The notes under the pieces were generated by a model, which saw only the letters and a program-made list of their open reading frames with translations, was not told where the DNA came from and searched no databases. Positions 62,960 through 64,000 of a stretch of 64,000 nt of DNA are shown piece after piece. Where the stretch lies: positions 32,001 to 96,000 of the forward strand of contig JAZKFH010000019.1 of assembly GCA_040386535.1 (NCBI GenBank), written 5' to 3'. Both the position numbers and the translations under genes were made by a program. The DNA is from Myxococcota bacterium. Lineage in GTDB: Bacteria > Myxococcota_A > UBA796 > SXON01. How positions within the stretch are numbered: the first letter of the stretch is position 1; each line of letters opens with the position of its first letter.

Positions 62960-64000
62960 ATGTCGCATCCCTCCGACCGCATCCGCAACTTCGCGATCAT
63001 CGCCCACATCGACCACGGCAAGAGCACGCTGGCCGACCGCCTGCTCCAGACCACGGGCACGGTGGAGGCTCGCGAGATGCGGGCCCAGTACATGGACAAG
63101 ATGGACATCGAGCGCGAGCGTGGCATCACCATCAAGGCGCAGACCGCCGCGATGAAGTGGACCGCGAAGGACGGTCAGGCCTATGTGCTCGATCTGATCG
63201 ACACACCGGGCCACGTCGACTTCGGGTACGAGGTCAGCCGTGCGCTTGCCGCGTGTGAGGGCGTGCTGCTCGTGATCGACGCCGTGCAGGGCATCGAGGC
63301 GCAGACGTTGGCCAACGTGTACCTCGCGATCGAGAACGACCTCGAGATCATCCCCGTGGTCAACAAGATCGATCTGCCCGGGGCGGACCCCGAGCGCGTG
63401 CTCCAGCAGCTCGAAGAGAACGTGGGCGTCGACATCACGAACGCTCAGTTCGTCTCGGCGAAGACGGGGGAGGGCATCCCCGACCTGCTCGAGGCCATCT
63501 GCAAGGCGATCCCGCCGCCCAAGGGCGACCGTGAGGCTCCGCTCCAGGCGCTCATCTTCGACTCGTGGTTCGACCCGTACGTGGGCGTCATCATCCTCGT
63601 GCGGGTGAAGCAGGGCACGCTCCGCAAGGGCGAGAAGATCAAGTTCATGGCGACGCTCACCCCCTACGAGGTGCTGAAGGTCGGCGTGTTCTCGCCCGAG
63701 GCCATCGAGCGCCCCGAGCTCGCCGCGGGCGAGGTGGGCTACATCATCGCGAACGTGAAGACGTTGTCCGACGCGAAGGTGGGCGACACGGTCACCCACT
63801 TCCTCCGGCCGGCGCCCGAGGCGCTCCCCGGGTTCAAGGACGTGAAACCGATGGTGTTCTCGGGCATCTTCCCGACGGACTCCGCCGCGTACGACGACCT
63901 GCGCACCTCCCTCGAGAAGCTGCGTCTGAACGACGTGTCGTTCAACTACGAGCCGGAGACCTCCGACGCGCTCGGCTTCGGCTTCCGCTGCGGTTTTCTC
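62960..64000 (+). CDS. lepA: Translation elongation factor 4 (LepA), runs off the right edge
   Basis: Not in the ORF track. [63 protein letters not shown]. Confidence 0.96.
   Translation, partial: MSHPSDRIRNFAIIAHIDHGKSTLADRLLQTTGTVEAREMRAQYMDKMDIERERGITIKAQTAAMKWTAKDGQAYVLDLIDTPGHVDFGYEVSRALAACEGVLLVIDAVQGIEAQTLANVYLAIENDLEIIPVVNKIDLPGADPERVLQQLEENVGVDITNAQFVSAKTGEGIPDLLEAICKAIPPPKGDREAPLQALIFDSWFDPYVGVIILVRVKQGTLRKGEKIKFMATLTPYEVLKVGVFSPEAIERPELAAGEVGYIIANVKTLSDAKVGDTVTHFLRPAPEALPGFKDVKPMVFSGIFPTDSAAYDDLRTSLEKLRLNDVSFNYEPETSDALGFGFRCGFL

Overview
A very GC-rich (visibly about 70% or more), gene-dense bacterial chromosomal segment, most consistent with a Myxococcota/deltaproteobacterial lineage (MYXO-CTERM-like tail, Asp/Thr-rich lipoprotein linkers, glyQ-glyS-ppdK, ECF sigma/TPR anti-sigma cassette). 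About 55 CDS are supported. Housekeeping genes include recD2, recO, glyQS, ppdK, rlmN, lepA (runs off the right end), ugd, a MurF-Alr fusion, and an hbd-crt-acyl-CoA dehydrogenase-B12 mutase small subunit cluster. These are interspersed with many uncharacterised lipoproteins and outer-membrane proteins. I saw no rRNA, tRNA, CRISPR array, IS or prophage. The most notable signals are: (1) two different short dispersed repeat families, each with one intergenic copy and one copy sitting in frame inside a protein-coding gene; (2) a -10-like TAnnnN hexamer 5-7 nt before about 12 start codons, suggesting widespread leaderless transcription; (3) many ultra-short signal peptides with no basic n-region; (4) several apparent pseudoenzymes (kinase, radical SAM, metallophosphoesterase); (5) a pair of large beta-propeller lipoproteins sharing a nested module. 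All family calls are from motif recognition by eye, not database searches.
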